Assembly (NCBI GenBank): GCA_951406725.2
Contig: OX597824.1
Coordinates: 99,820,001-99,884,000 of the forward strand
DNA from: Octopus vulgaris
Lineage: Eukaryota
Reading direction: 5' to 3'
DNA length: 64,000 nucleotides
Below are positions 14,291 through 27,750 of the stretch, piece by piece. The position numbers were made by a program, and so were the translations under genes. The notes beneath the pieces were generated by a model, which saw only the letters and a list, made by a program, of their open reading frames with translations, searched no databases and was not told the DNA's origin. The stretch's first letter is position 1. Every line of letters begins with the position of its first letter.

Positions 14291-15054
14291 TGTTGTATGT
14301 GTGTGTAAGAGATTGTTTCTAATTTTAACCTGGATTTTCCAACATCTTTTTTTTTTGTTCCAGAGATAGTACAGAAAAATTTACGAGGTCAAATTTAGAT
14401 AAGTTCCTTTGTTTGAGTAAAATTCTACGGTCATTTTGAGGTTATGATAGATAAAGTATATACATTCCTTTGTTGTTGAACACACTTTGAGTTTATCCCA
14501 TAGGTATAAGTAGGAACTCTGAGAGAACATCAGCGGTCAGTTTTACATTGCTTCTACACTCTGTATGACTTAACCTTTTTAGCAAGCAGATTTTCCTGCC
14601 AGACCTATTCCTAAGGGCGTGAGTGCTTAATTTCTATTGTACCACTAATCTCCTGACTACCACTAAACCTTGTATACTGATTCCAAGTACGAGTAAACAA
14701 TATTTTTCCTTTTTCCATGTTGATTATTACTGTCTCGCAGAGTTTGAACAATTTAATTGTAACTTAACCAGTTACATATGTATGCACACAAGCACACACA
14801 TATCTAAAAGGAAGATCAAATAAAGACATTTAAAACTAGAGAGAGAAGGAAGAATGTGAGAGGAGCATGGAGAAAGAGATAAAAAAACTGGTGGGGAAAA
14901 TGGAGTCACATGAAACGATCATACTGCATTACCTCTGGATATCCTTGTTGCTTATTTTGATTATAATCACCCCATTTTGAAATTGTATGGATAATACCAT
15001 ACTAAATTCTGGTACCATATTCATCTGAATCTGAATTTTACTATACATATGCAT

Positions 15055-15356
15055 ATATGGATACAGGACGTCACTAACAGTAAACAACGTGAAATACGAA
15101 AGCAAATGAGTTCAATACGCAAACAATGAGAGAAACAAATGGAAAACAGGACAAGTAACATAAAGAACGGCCTTTTATCAGTTGTCGGCTGTCTGTCTAC
15201 TCTTCATTTCAAGCATTCAAAATGAGGAGTAGATAGACAGCTGACAACTGATGAAGGATCGTTCTTTATGTTACTTGTTCTGTTTTCCATTTGTTTCTCT
15301 CATTATTTGCTTTTGTATTTCATGTTGTTTACTATTGGTGATGTCCTGTACATATA
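15055..15356. repeat. About 300-bp near-palindrome (head-to-head copies of a dispersed repeat)
   Basis: Left arm CAGGACGTCACTAACAGTAAACAAC...CTACTCTTCATTT mirrors right arm AAATGAGGAGTAG...GTTGTTTACTATTGGTGATGTCCTG across a loop of about 9 nt. A single arm recurs at about 29730-29887. Confidence 0.85.
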
Positions 15357-15360
15357 TATT

Positions 15361-15856
15361 TGTGACCCCCTTTGGTCATGAATGACCATGAGAGTGCACC
15401 TAGAAAGTTACCCTCTGAGGCACAAGTCTGAGCAAGGTTGTTTATGGAAGACCAGCAGTCGCCCATGCATACTAGTCTCCCCTCTCCATGCCACCGATGT
15501 TATCCAAGGGAAAGGCAAAAGGGCCGATACAGCTTGGCACCAGTGACGTCGCAGCTCATTTATTAACGTGCAAGTGGCTGAGCACTCCACGTAGTTCTAG
15601 GGGAGATCCAGCATGACACAGAGTGTGACAAGGCTGGCCCTTTGAAATACAGGTACAACAGAAACAGGAAGAAAGAGTGAGAAAAAGTTGTGGTGAAAGA
15701 GTACAGCAGGGTTCACCACCACCCACTGCTGGAACCTCGTGGAACTTTAGGTGTTTTCGCTCAATAAACACTCACAATGCCGAGTCTGGGAATCAAAATC
15801 GTGATCCTACAACCGCGAGTCCACTGCCCTAAATACCTAGCCATTGTGCCTCCACT
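15361..15856 (-). mobile_element. tRNA-derived SINE (about 500 bp)
   Basis: Minus strand starts GTGGAGGCACAATGGCTAGGTATTTAGGGCAGTGGACTCGCGG...GATTTTGATTCCC (degenerate A/B boxes); flanked by AT microsatellite. Confidence 0.6.
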
Positions 15857-15859
15857 GCA

Positions 15860-15890
<31 letters not shown>

Positions 15891-16029
15891 TTATATATGT
15901 GTGTGTGTGTGTATATTAAAAATTACATATCTTTTATTTTTTTATATTTATATAATTTATATTTAATTCTTATTTAGATTTGCAAATCACATATTGTACT
16001 TTTCTTCTTTTTTTTTATGTATGAATGAG

Positions 16030-19000
16030 CTACTCTGCATTGGTCACCAGAGTGATATTTGATCACTTTATAGAGTGTTTGAATGTCGGTTTGGTGTCTG
16101 GAATAGGATAGCTTACCTTAGGGGCAGGTAGAAGCTCTTTAACCTGAGTTGGTAATCTACCTAGGAGAGGGAGATCTCTGAAATAAAACCCGAGGCCTTG
16201 GAAGTTCCTGGTTTTTTCAATTTTCATCTCACACCGGTGAAACTCTTCTTGGGCCAATAGGTGGGGATAATGCAGTGCAAGCTACACCGTCTGAAAATTA
16301 TTCATCTGCACAAGCACTTCTTGTACACCAAATCTTAGTAAAATCATTGAATTGGTTGGTTGGCAGAAACTTAAAAATGCTCTTGTAACTTACTTTAAAA
16401 TGTCTCAAACAGATTCAGTCGATGGCTAAAAAGGCTTACGAATGTCAGAGTAATAGGTCTGGCTCAGCAGGTGTCTCAGTGTATCACAGGCTGGGCCTGG
16501 TCGTCATCCTGCCACTGTGGTCAAACAATCTATCTTTTGGAGAGGCCTATCTAAGGGTCAGCATAGAAAATCTGGTGTTGGGTTTGCTCTCAAGAATACA
16601 TTAGTATCCTCCATTGCAGAGCTTCCAAGTAGTGTATCAGAACAAACCATGTCAAATGGTAGGTTTCTTACCGTTGTCAGTATTTGTGCATCAACAATAT
16701 CCCATGCTAATGAAAATTGTAGGACAGTTTTATGATGATCTAGCACAATTATTGAGGAAAGTACCAATTTCAGACAAGCAGGTCATATTAGGAGATTTCA
16801 ATGCAAGAGTTGGAAAGGACTGCATTTCATGGCCTGTTTTAGGTTGACATGGGATTGGAAAACATAATAAAAATGGAGTAGCCCTTTTGATGTTTTGTAC
16901 TGAGAATAATCTGGTTGTCACCAACACTCTGTTTAAGCAGAAAATTAAATATAAAACCATCTAGATGCACCCAAGATCTGAGCACTGGCATCTCATAGAC
17001 TATATTTTGATCAGAAACGGTGATATGAAAGACGTTTCTAGCATTTGGGCCATGAGAGGAGCAGAGAGCTGGACTGACCATCGTCTAGTGCATGGAAAAA
17101 TAGATTTTTTGATAATGCCTAAAAGTCAACAGTCTGGTCCTAAGGTACCCAAAAAGTTAAATGTTGCAAACTTTAAATTATCAAGCAACTTGCAAAGATT
17201 CCACAACGCTATAGAAAGTATCAATCTTGACCCAAACAATCTATGGGAAGATTTCAAAACAAAAACGTATTTCAGGCTATTAGTTCATCACTGGGATTTA
17301 AATCACCTAAGTCCAGTGACTGGTTCTCAGATAGTTCAGCAGGAATTCTTGATCTACTTTTAGAAAAACAAAACTTAGGCAATACACTTCTTTCTCAGTC
17401 CTTGAACCCCAACTCAAATGAAGCTTACAGAAAGCTGAAAAGGAAAGTGCAGACTGCTCTAAGGAATGGTAGAATGATAGAGCAAAAGGGGCACAAGAAG
17501 CAGCTTATAAAAATGATGCCAAGGGTTTGTACTCTTATGTTAAAGAGGTATACGGCCCCCAAAATCTTCTTCAATAGCTCCAGTGAGAACAGCAAATGGA
17601 CATTTGCTTCTGACTGACACTGCTTCTATTCATAAGCACTGGGTAGAACATTGCTCTGCACTTTTGAATAGACCATCATCCGCTGACATGAGGGCGATAG
17701 AAAAAATCAAACACCTTTCAGTTATAGAAGAGATGGCATTTGAACCAACTCTAAATGAGATTTATTTAGCTGTGAATAAGCTGAATAATAATAAGTCTCC
17801 AAGGGCTGATGGAATTGTAGTGACGTCATATTCCAGTGTGCGCACACACAACGTCATTCTTCAGTGTGCGTGTGCGGGGTTGGAACCTTCTGGAAAGGCA
17901 TAAGGAAGTTCCCTCATGCACATGCGCTACAGACTGAAGAAATTCTATCGCATTCCTTAATAGCGTCGTTGACTTGAGACACGGCGATAGAAGAGAACGG
18001 ACGTATTTTTAAACATGTGATCAGCCTATTCTCCTGTCCCAAACGCTTAGGATTTGACCTGTTCCGTTGCTGCTGAATTGTAAGAAACTTACAAACGTTA
18101 GAATTCAGCCTTGCTGTGTTGAACTAGGTGGATACCAGTATACCATCGTGTTTCATTGTTGAATAAAGAATCATATATATTTTTAAAATTGCGTTTTGTT
18201 ACCGACTGGTAGTTTCTAGAAACAAAAAGAAAGGAAATTGTGTTGCACCCAAGTTGCACCCCAAAAGTGTAAAGAAGCAACCAGTTCCCTTTACAGAATC
18301 TATGCGGAAGTCTTGAAATATGGGGGTGACAAAATGTTTAAACTCATAAATACATTAATTTGTCACTGTTGGAGAACTGAAAAAGTGCCTCAAGACTGGA
18401 TTGATGCCATTTTAGTCTCCTTGTATAAATTGGGGCCAAAGGATCTGTGTAGTGATTTTCGTGGGATTTTGCTTTTGTCTATAGTTGGAAAGGTACTTGC
18501 CTGCATTTTGTTAGAACATTTAAATACCTTCATAGTTCTAAATATTGTATCTGAGTCTCGGTGTGGTTTATTTCCTCCAGGGGCACAGCTGATTGTATCT
18601 TTACTATCAGACAATTACAAGAAAAGTGCATTGAACAGAATCTTGCTCTATTCCATTGCTTTGTTGATTTGAGCAAAGCATTCGATATTGTTAATCGAAA
18701 TGCTCTGTAGCTAATTCTAAGAAAATAGGTTGCCCATAAAAATTTGTAAATATGATCAGGGATTTGCATCAAGATAGGAAAGTTAGAGTTAACTTTGGTG
18801 GTAGGCTCTCTGAATCTTTTGCCGTGGAAAATGGAGTGAAGCAAGGAGACCTTGATGCATCCACCCTCTTTGCAATATATTTTGCTGTTGTGTTGTCACA
18901 TGCTTTTTAAAACTCTGAGGAGGATATTTACATAAAATATCGAACAACAATCTCTTGTATCTGCATTTGACTTACCTTGTGATGATTTTGGCTTGACTAC

Positions 19001-20106
19001 CAACTTGAAAAAACAGTTGTAATGCACCAACTTGCATGTAGTGCTGTTAGTAACCCCCACTAAAATTTTTGTTAAGAGAAAATTACTTGAGGTTGTCGAT
19101 TCGTTTGTCTGCCTTGGAAACTTGATACAGAAATACACCTTCGAATTCAAAAGACAGTAAAAGCATTTGCTGGCTTTGAGTCACATGTATGGTGCCAGAG
19201 ACATATAAATAAGAATACAAAGCTGGCTCTTTACAAATCATTTGTCTTACCATCCCTGTTGTATTCTTGTGAAACAAGGACTTGTTATGAAAAGCATTTT
19301 AAATTGTTAGAACAATTCCACTAAAAATGCTTTCATTGCATTTTAAACATTAAATGGAGTTCTTTTACTCCAAACACAGATGTCCTTGCATCTGCAGGCA
19401 TCACCTCAATTAAAGCTATGATTTTGAGGAACCAAATGAGATGGTATGGCCATATTGTTTGAATGGCGAAAGAACGCATGCCGAAACAACTGTTTTATGG
19501 TAAGCTTGCAGAGAGGAAATGCTATTGGCGTAAACCTAAAAAAAAAGGTTTAAGGACGGCATAAGGACTACTATGAAGTCGCTTGGAATGGTTCCAGAAG
19601 ATATAGAAACCCTTGCTTCGGATCGAAGTGGATGGCAAACAAAAGTGTGGAGTGGAGTGAAAGCGTTTGAAGAGGCCAGGATAACACAAGTAAGACTCAA
19701 AAGACATCTAAGGAAGAATGTAACAATCGAGAAGGTGAATGATAATAACGTTTTTGTATGCACAGTCTGTGACAGACCATGCCTGTCTTTAGCTGGCCTC
19801 AAATCTCATTTGCAAACCCATGGAAAGCGAACCTCCACCAACTATTCTGCCTATATGACTGTACACACCTTTGAATGCAGTGTATGCCAGAAGGTTCACA
19901 AATCTAACGGAGACCTCAAAAGACATTTTAAGATCCACAAAGATCAGAACTTATCTGCAGCTCTTGGTGGTCCAAATCGGATATGCAATCTATGTGGGTG
20001 TCTTTTCAGAACATTGTCTGGTTTAAAAAGCCACATCAAATGCCATGATAGTGCAAAGGAGTAGGTACAGGATGTGGTCAAACTTTGCATAAGGAGTAAA
20101 CAACCA

Positions 20107-20110
<4 letters not shown>
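16030..20110 (+). mobile_element. Near full-length degraded RTE-clade LINE with three C-terminal C2H2 zinc fingers
   Basis: APE motifs (SGVGF, ILGDFNARVG, HLIDYILIR, WTDH), RT remnants (VPQDW, FRGILLLS, DLSKAFD) and three CxxC-x12-HxxxH fingers in ORF 19573..20064. Ends CAACCACCAT+(AT)n. The 5' boundary is uncertain. Confidence 0.9.
17816..18295 (+). mobile_element. Solo LTR (480 bp) inserted in the RTE LINE
   Basis: TGTA...TACA termini; 4-bp TSD GAAT at 17812-17815 and 18296-18299. Removing it restores the LINE frame ADG-IYAE. Internal AATAAA near 18162 suggests + orientation. Confidence 0.85.
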
Positions 20111-20190
<80 letters not shown>

Positions 20191-20808
20191 GGGTGGGAAG
20201 AGACCAAGTTACAGAGAAGAAAGAAGAGAGGCAGATTAAGATGTGGGTAATGAAAACTGTAACGGGAGTATTTATTCTTGAGAAACATTCTTGTCACTCA
20301 TTGTTGTTGATGCTGTTGCTCTTGTTAGAGAAACATGGATGATTATGAATATGAATTTTGTTGATCGCTCCCATCTATGATGATAATGATTGTTGTTGAT
20401 GTTGAGCTGCAAATCCACTCTTATTGAGAAAACATATGATCCATGTCATTCAGTCACAGTCATGTCTTTGTTAGGCTTATCTAGCATTATATTAACTAAT
20501 GTGTTCTTTCTGTATTTAAAGCTATGAGACGTGGCATGAAGGAGATTTGCTTACTGTTTCTATCAAGATAGGTTGCAACATAGAAGCTTCCTTCGTCGTT
20601 TCATGATGATGTTGCCAAAGATGACAATTATTTATGATAAAAATAACAAAAAATAGAAATGAAAAGAGAATTCTTGTTCCATTCTATTTTTTAGCATTTG
20701 GCAAATTTCAGATATTCATTGGTTGTTTCAGTGGGTGGACATCAACCGACAATCACAACTTGACCACGAATCAAAAATAAACCAGTTTTGGTTGGTTGAA
20801 AATGATTT

Positions 20809-20940
20809 TTAAAACGCCATAGCAGCTTTCATGATATGTGTAATTAACTTAAAGAGATCTGACCAAGCTTCTTCAACTTCCAGGGACCAGTGGTCACCAA
20901 CTTCAGGTTTGATAGCCAGAATGAACTGAGGACCAATTAA
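20809..20940 (-). CDS. Globin-X-like globin, last coding exon (helices G-H)
   Basis: Acceptor tttctgttacag; LIGPQFILAIKPEVGDHWSLEVEEAWSDLFKLITHIMKAAMAF*; phase 0 (G7.0 intron). Confidence 0.93.
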   Translation of the reverse strand, partial: LIGPQFILAIKPEVGDHWSLEVEEAWSDLFKLITHIMKAAMAF

Positions 20941-21504
20941 CTGTAACAGAAACAACAAATCTAGAATTAGGTGAAGTTGTTGAAAATAATCATTGAAAAA
21001 GGATGTGTTAATTCGCGCACAAAAAAATATTAATATGCCCATGCCCTTTTGAGTGGGATGGGCTACTTGAAGAAGATTCTAACTTGGCCCCATATGCAAG
21101 GTCATGCACTATTTATCTTGATATGAGATCACCATGTCATGCACATAAGGCTGTGATGCATGTACCTGGTGTACCCTTATCAGAAGGGTTGTCATGATGG
21201 GTATACTGGGCTACATATATTTGTGCCCCAGTATCACTTTGATGGCATGCACTGCACTCTCACTCAATAATAATAATCTTTTCTATATTTTTCTCGTACA
21301 TTATCTTTCAAAATTTTGTCAAATGGTAAAAGTATTTGCAACAAATATTTTGATGACGTAGAATACAAATATGATATTTGCAGTAAGTTTGTAATTTCCA
21401 GCATTATCATACGATCAAGCATAACGTCCATACACACACAGAAATAAAAACAAAAGCAGATACACGAGCAAAGTTTTTTTTTTAATATTAACATGCACAT
21501 GCAC

Positions 21505-21794
<290 letters not shown>

Positions 21795-22055
21795 CCCAAA
21801 AGCCTGAGTAATGATAAAAATGTATGTCTGCATTTCTGTAAAAAGGTGCTAAAGGAGAAAAAGAGCCAACCACTTGAATTAATGAGTGTTCTGTCAACCT
21901 TCAGTTGAAGTCCAATTTCTCATTATTACGAGTATATGTGGAGTGGGTTGATGACGTCAGAGTTTTTGGTGGTGGTGTCTAGACCCGATGGATTAAGAGA
22001 CTGACCAACAAAACAGCAAAACAACACAACAACAAACAACAACAAACATACTTAC

Positions 22056-22281
22056 ATCAATGTAATCCACTTTAGCATTGTACATGACATGTCGGGCGCC
22101 AAGATTCTTGAGCATATCTTCGAGTCTCCTTGGTTCATTTATACGGGCAAGACATTTCTCAACTGTCCCCATTACCCGAAGAGCATGAGAGATTAAACGT
22201 GAGTTCTGCTTCATATCTTCTGCTGCCAGACCACGAAATGGCATGAACACATCTTGAACGTCTGGATGGGTCTCAAAAAGA
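22056..22281 (-). CDS. Globin-X-like globin, central exon (B12.2 to G7.0)
   Basis: Acceptor ttttttcag; AA|T join gives MFMNLFETHPDVQDVF (Pro C2, Phe CD1), SHALRVM (distal His E7), LGARHVMY (proximal His F8). Donor GAT|gtaagt. Confidence 0.95.
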
Positions 22282-22293
22282 CTGAAAAAAGAT

Positions 22294-22294
<1 letters not shown>

Positions 22295-22347
<53 letters not shown>

Positions 22348-22374
22348 TAACAACAACAACAACAACAACAGCAA

Positions 22375-22412
<38 letters not shown>
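22295..22412. repeat. Compound trinucleotide microsatellite (CAT)n-(CAA)n-(CAG)n-(TAG)n
   Basis: Directly visible, immediately upstream (gene sense) of the globin exon-2 acceptor. Confidence 0.95.
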
Positions 22413-25199
22413 ATACTGATGATCTTTTATCTTTTACTTGTTTCGGTTATTAGACTGCGGTCATACTGGGGCACCGCTTTGAAGAGTCAAACGACAAGAC
22501 CCAGTACTTATTTTTAAAGCCTAGTATTTATTCTATCGGTCTCTCTTGCCGAAGCACTAAGTTACAGGGTCATAAACACGCAAACACTGGGTTATCAAGC
22601 GGTGGTGGTGGGGAACCACAATGATACACACAGATATATGTGTGTGTGTGTATGTGTGTGTGTATATATATATGTATATATATATATATATATATATACT
22701 TGCAGTTTCCATCAACAAAATCCACTCACAAGGCTTGGTCTAAGCTATAATAGAAGACACTTGTCCAAGGTGACATGCAGAAACACTGAACTGGGAACTG
22801 TGTGGCTGGGAAGCATACTCTTTACCACAGAGCCACGCCTCCGCCTTTGGTGATGATGATGATGATGATTTGCTTAATAACCATTAAGAGTTGACAAAAA
22901 TCATTGGGGGCAGCTGCAGGGGATATAGGGCTAAATAACATAAACAGAAAAGGACAAAGGCAAAGAAGCCAAAAAATCTCAAACTAGGAATAATTCCTGA
23001 AAAAGTTGGAGAACTCTGAGGGCTACTCATAAAACCCCCTGAAAACCACGGTCACGCTGACGATGATGATAAGTGCCTTCTGCCAGTTATCTTCCTCCAA
23101 TCTATAGGCACATGTTCACTTGGATCTTGCTCACCACTCTCAACTTCTTTTCAAGAAATTTTCCGAAAGATAGTACTTCTCTCCCCAGCCTCATTTTTCT
23201 TTACAAGTAAAATTTGAAAAGGTTGGTGAGGTTTGGCCACAAACAAAGGTGTCTGCCTTCAGTCCTTTCAATCTCGTCTACCACACAACCTCTTTTGCTA
23301 AAATCATCAGACATAAAGATTACCTGCCCTTCTTTGCCAAAGGAAGGTAAAATGAAGATGATCTTCATGCTGCACTCAGCTAACAGCCAGATCCATCCGA
23401 CACATAACAACAGATATTCACCATAACCCCACAAGTGTGATTTGGTGCTTGCGTGTTGATGTATGGGATTCATTAAAATTTAGTTGCTTGTGTCTATGGC
23501 CGTGCAATTATTTATTTCTGTTTTTGATCATGTCGGTGTGGTATTCTGGCAGTTGGTGTGTGTGTATATGTGTGAGTGTGTGTGTGTGTGCGTGCACGCA
23601 TGTGAATTAGGTTGTGTTTGTGTTTGTAATGTTGGTGATGCTTGTGATGGTGGTGGTGAGGTGGTGACGAAGATGTTGCTGATAGTGTTGCTACTTTGTT
23701 GAAGGTGGTATTGGTGTATCGTTGTTTAAACGCAGCTCTCGTCTTCCCTCAAACCTCCCAACCATTTTGTTGGTACAATGTTTGCTTTCCTTCAGTTAGT
23801 CGCTTTTTATATCATTCAGAGTCGCACATCACTTTCGGCACAAAATATGTCCGAGTGGTCCAAATCAATAAAAGACATACCTTAGCAGGGGTGAGGGACA
23901 GTATCATTGTTGTTTTGGAGCTTTCTGTTGCCTTGGGGTCGGTGCTTCTTTTGTTAATATTTTATTCACAGTTGATGGTGTTTTTACAGTTGTTGTTTCC
24001 AGTTTTACAAATGGCACTGCAGGCTACTGTTGCCATAGTTGAGTGCTGTTGCTGCTGTTGTAGTTGTTATTGTTATGATGTGTGTTGGCAGTAATGGAGA
24101 CCTTCTTTCAGTTGCCACTTTATGTTGTTATTGTTGGGACAGAAGGCCCTGAGAGGGCCGATGTACTTGCATTTGTGACATTTGGACTTCTACTCTCCCA
24201 GGATGTCTCTTTGATCGGGGACCGTGTCTAGTGTCTCAAGAATTTCCAACCCAATTTTCCTTTCAGAATCTTCATTTCTAGCAGCTTCTAGAGCCCCCTG
24301 ACATTACATATTTCACTCCCATCCCCAGAAGCATAGTTTTAGTGGAAGGTTAGTGGGGTTTTTTTCTTTTTTTATCCTGGTCACTTTTAGTCCCAGATAA
24401 ATTGGTATTAGTGTAAATTTGTCACTTCTATGTGGAACTGTTGAGTGCTTGCTTCTGGAATAGAGTCTTCGACTGAACATTCACTTGCTTACAATAATAT
24501 TGGCTGGAATATGTAACAAAATCTGTTTTGCCAAATGTGTTTCAAGCACAGTTTGGCTTGCTCTAAGGAGGCCTGTTCCTGTGTACGTTGCTTCAACGAT
24601 GTACAGATGTACATCATCATTCTTCTATGCTTTTGCTCTCCTCTGACTCGGTTGATGTGCTGTTGGGATTCTTTCAAGTACTTATGCTTTTTGTCCAATA
24701 TGACTACTGAAAAGATTTTGTAATTCTAACTCCTGAGCAGCCCTTTTCCATGCTTCTACTACTGTTACTTCTGTTGCTGCTGTCATTTGTGAGAGTTGCT
24801 TAAGTCCTGCTGTTACAGTTGTTTGTTTGCTGCCACAGGGGGCGATAGTGTTGGCAATGGACTCCTTTCTCCCACTAGGGATTTTGTGGCTGGCGGCAAT
24901 GGTTTTACTGCAACTACTTGCTACTCTGACATATTGTCATTGTTACTGCAGCTATTGCTGTTGTTGTTACTGATGCTGATGCTACAGTTGCTGGCCATTA
25001 CTTCATATATATCTGATATATATTGTTATTGTTGTTGGCATCCTTTTTGTCTCAGGAGAAAATGGAGTTGCACATAAAATAGCTAGTCCGACTTTTACAT
25101 TTCATGTCCTAATACATCTCCTGCTGTGGCTGTGTAGTCCTATCCTGGACAAACACTCCCTCTGGCAGGCGACGCAGATGTAACAAAGACTTTTCCTGG

Positions 25200-27390
25200 C
25201 TGGTTGTAGTGTCATAGTTTCTTGTTGACATCTTTTCTTGTCTTTCCATTTCTCCTCTCTCCCTCTGTCACACCTTTGTGTTCCCTCTTCTATGGTGCGT
25301 CGCCAATCTCCACGGTTTCTGGCAACTGCTTCCCAGTTGGTAATATTGATGTTTGCAGGCCTTCATGTCTCTTTTGCAGATATCCTTGTACCATAAGAAC
25401 AGTCTTCCAACAGACCTAGTGCCCCTAGCAAACTCTCCGTTGAGTATGTCCTGGGGATTCTGCCATCTTCCATACGGCTAACATGTCCAAGCCATCTCAT
25501 ACGTCTTTGTGTGAGGAGTGCAAACATGCTTGGTATTCCTGCTTGCTTGAGGACATCTTTGTTGGGGACATGATTCTGCCATTTGGCACAAAGGATTTTC
25601 CGGAGACAGTGCAGGTGAAAGATATTTAGGCAACGCTCTTGGCGTGTGTATGGTGTTCAGGTCTCACTTCCATACAGTAGAGTGCTAAGTACACATGCCT
25701 GGTAAATCTTCACTTTTGTAGTCTTGGTCAGCTTATTGTTGTCCCATGCCCATTTGGAGAGTTGGGTCATCACAGCAGCTGCCTTGCCAATGCATATATT
25801 GAGCTCGGCATCAAGGGATAGGTTGTAGGTGATGGTAGAGCCAAGGTAGGTAAACTTCTCTACCTCCTGTAGTCTGTGGTTTCCAATATGTATGTCTGGG
25901 ATGTCTGATGTAGCCTGACTCATGATGTTGGTCTTCTTGAGGCTGATAAATAAGCCAAAATCACCACATGCTTGCTCAAAACAGTTGATGAGCCTTTGCA
26001 GGGCTTCTTCTAAGTGTGATACCAGAGTTGCATCATCAGCAAATAGCATCTCCTTGATCAGGACACTTCTGATTAAGGTCTTGGCATGCAGATGCATGAG
26101 ATTGAAGTTTCCTGTCACTTCTACTGTGCAGAAACACTCCATCATCTGATGTATCAAAGGCATGTGACAGCAGCAGCAGCAAGAAGAAGATGCCAAATAA
26201 TGTAGGAGCAAGGACACAGCCTTCCTTTACCCCATTCTTTATTTGGAAGGTGGCTGATGTTGAACCATTGTGCTGTATGGTGCCTTGCATATTATCATGG
26301 AAAGAATCGATGATCCTCAGCAACTGTAGTGAACATCTGATTTTTGAAGCAAGATAAAGAGGCCTTTTCTACTGACCAAGTCAAAGGCCTTTGTCAGATC
26401 AATGAAGGCCATATATAATGGCATTTTCTGCTCTCTGGACTTCTCCTAAAGTTGGCGTATGGAAAGTATCTTCTAAAGCCACACTACGATTCTGGATAAA
26501 TTCGAGAAGCAAGCAGTTGTAGCCTGGGCAGGATTATGTAGGCAAAGGTCTTTTCAACAGTGCTGAGAAGAGATTCCACGGTAATTGTTGCAATCACCAC
26601 GGTCACCTTTATTTTTGTAAAGCGTGATGATGTTAACATCCTGCATATCCTGAGGGACTGTACCCTCTTCCCAGCACTGACACAGAACCTCATGAAGGTG
26701 CCAAAGCAGGGTGGTGTTTTTACTGGCTTTGATGATCTCTTAGGGGATACCATCTTTTACCGGTGCCTTGCCACTGGCTAGGGACTCAATAGCTTTGGTG
26801 AGCTCTGCTATGGATGGCAAATTGTCAAGTTCGCACATGGCCGGCAAGATCTTGACACTCTTGATTGCAGCTTCAGTGACCGTGGTCTCCTGTGAGTAGA
26901 GATCCTGGTAGTACTCCACCCACCTATCCATTTGCTTGCTTTGGTCTTTGATGAGATCTCCAGTAATTGATTTTAGAGAAGCTGACTTGGTTGCAGATGG
27001 ACTGAAGGCCTTCTTCAAACCGGCATACATCCCACAGGTGTTGCCACTGTCAGCAGCTGACTGGATACTCTGCAAATTTCCTGCCAACACCTATTTGCAC
27101 AGCGTCTGGCAGTCAGTTGGGTTTTACTTCTTGCTTTTCTAAGTTCTTTGAGTGTTTTTGTAGAAGAATCACTCTTGTATTGCATCAGAGCTGCACACTT
27201 TGCTTCAATAACTGGTTCCAACCCTGTGAGTCCAACTCTGAACCAATTTGGGTTATACTTTTCACTCATGCCAAAAGTATCTATTGATGTGGTATACAAA
27301 GCTTCCAGGATATAATTCCACCTACTTTCAACAGAGGAGGATGGGCAGCTGCTGAGGGCAGCCTTAATAGAAACAGCAAAACGTTGCTGG
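25200..27390 (-). mobile_element. 5'-truncated RTE LINE (separate family) in the globin intron
   Basis: KAPVKDGIP, GVKEGCVLAPTLF, MLFADD and FTYLGS motifs across frameshifted ORFs. Confidence 0.9.
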
Positions 27391-27750
27391 CCATTACTAC
27401 ATATGTATCCAATATAGCGGATATATAATTGTTAAAGAGGACAACAAACATTAAGGCAAGGCAAACATTTCAAGTCATATACATTATTATCATTAGGAAA
27501 AAAATTCAGTCTTATGACTGTTTCTGAGATATCCCAGAGTATGGGATATTCTGTTGTTGGAAACAAATAGGGAAAATGAGAGGTTATAGATTAATGAAAC
27601 AGCATAGAGGACATGCATACAGGAATAAGGCATCACTGTTATAATTATTATTAGTATCATTACTAGTAGTAGTAGTACTAATAATAGTAGTAGCAGCAGC
27701 AGCAGCAGTAGTAGCAATAGTAGTAGTAGTAGCCCTCAAAATAGGAAACA

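Noticed and set aside
15215-15270. CTGATGA near a GAAA-like motif in the palindrome arm as a hammerhead
   Set aside because: Motif order and flanks give no helix I or II pairing that I could build.
22282-22346. Poly-Met N-terminus on the globin ORF 21993..22346
   Set aside because: It is an intronic (ATG)n repeat; the real exon starts at 22281 after a canonical acceptor.
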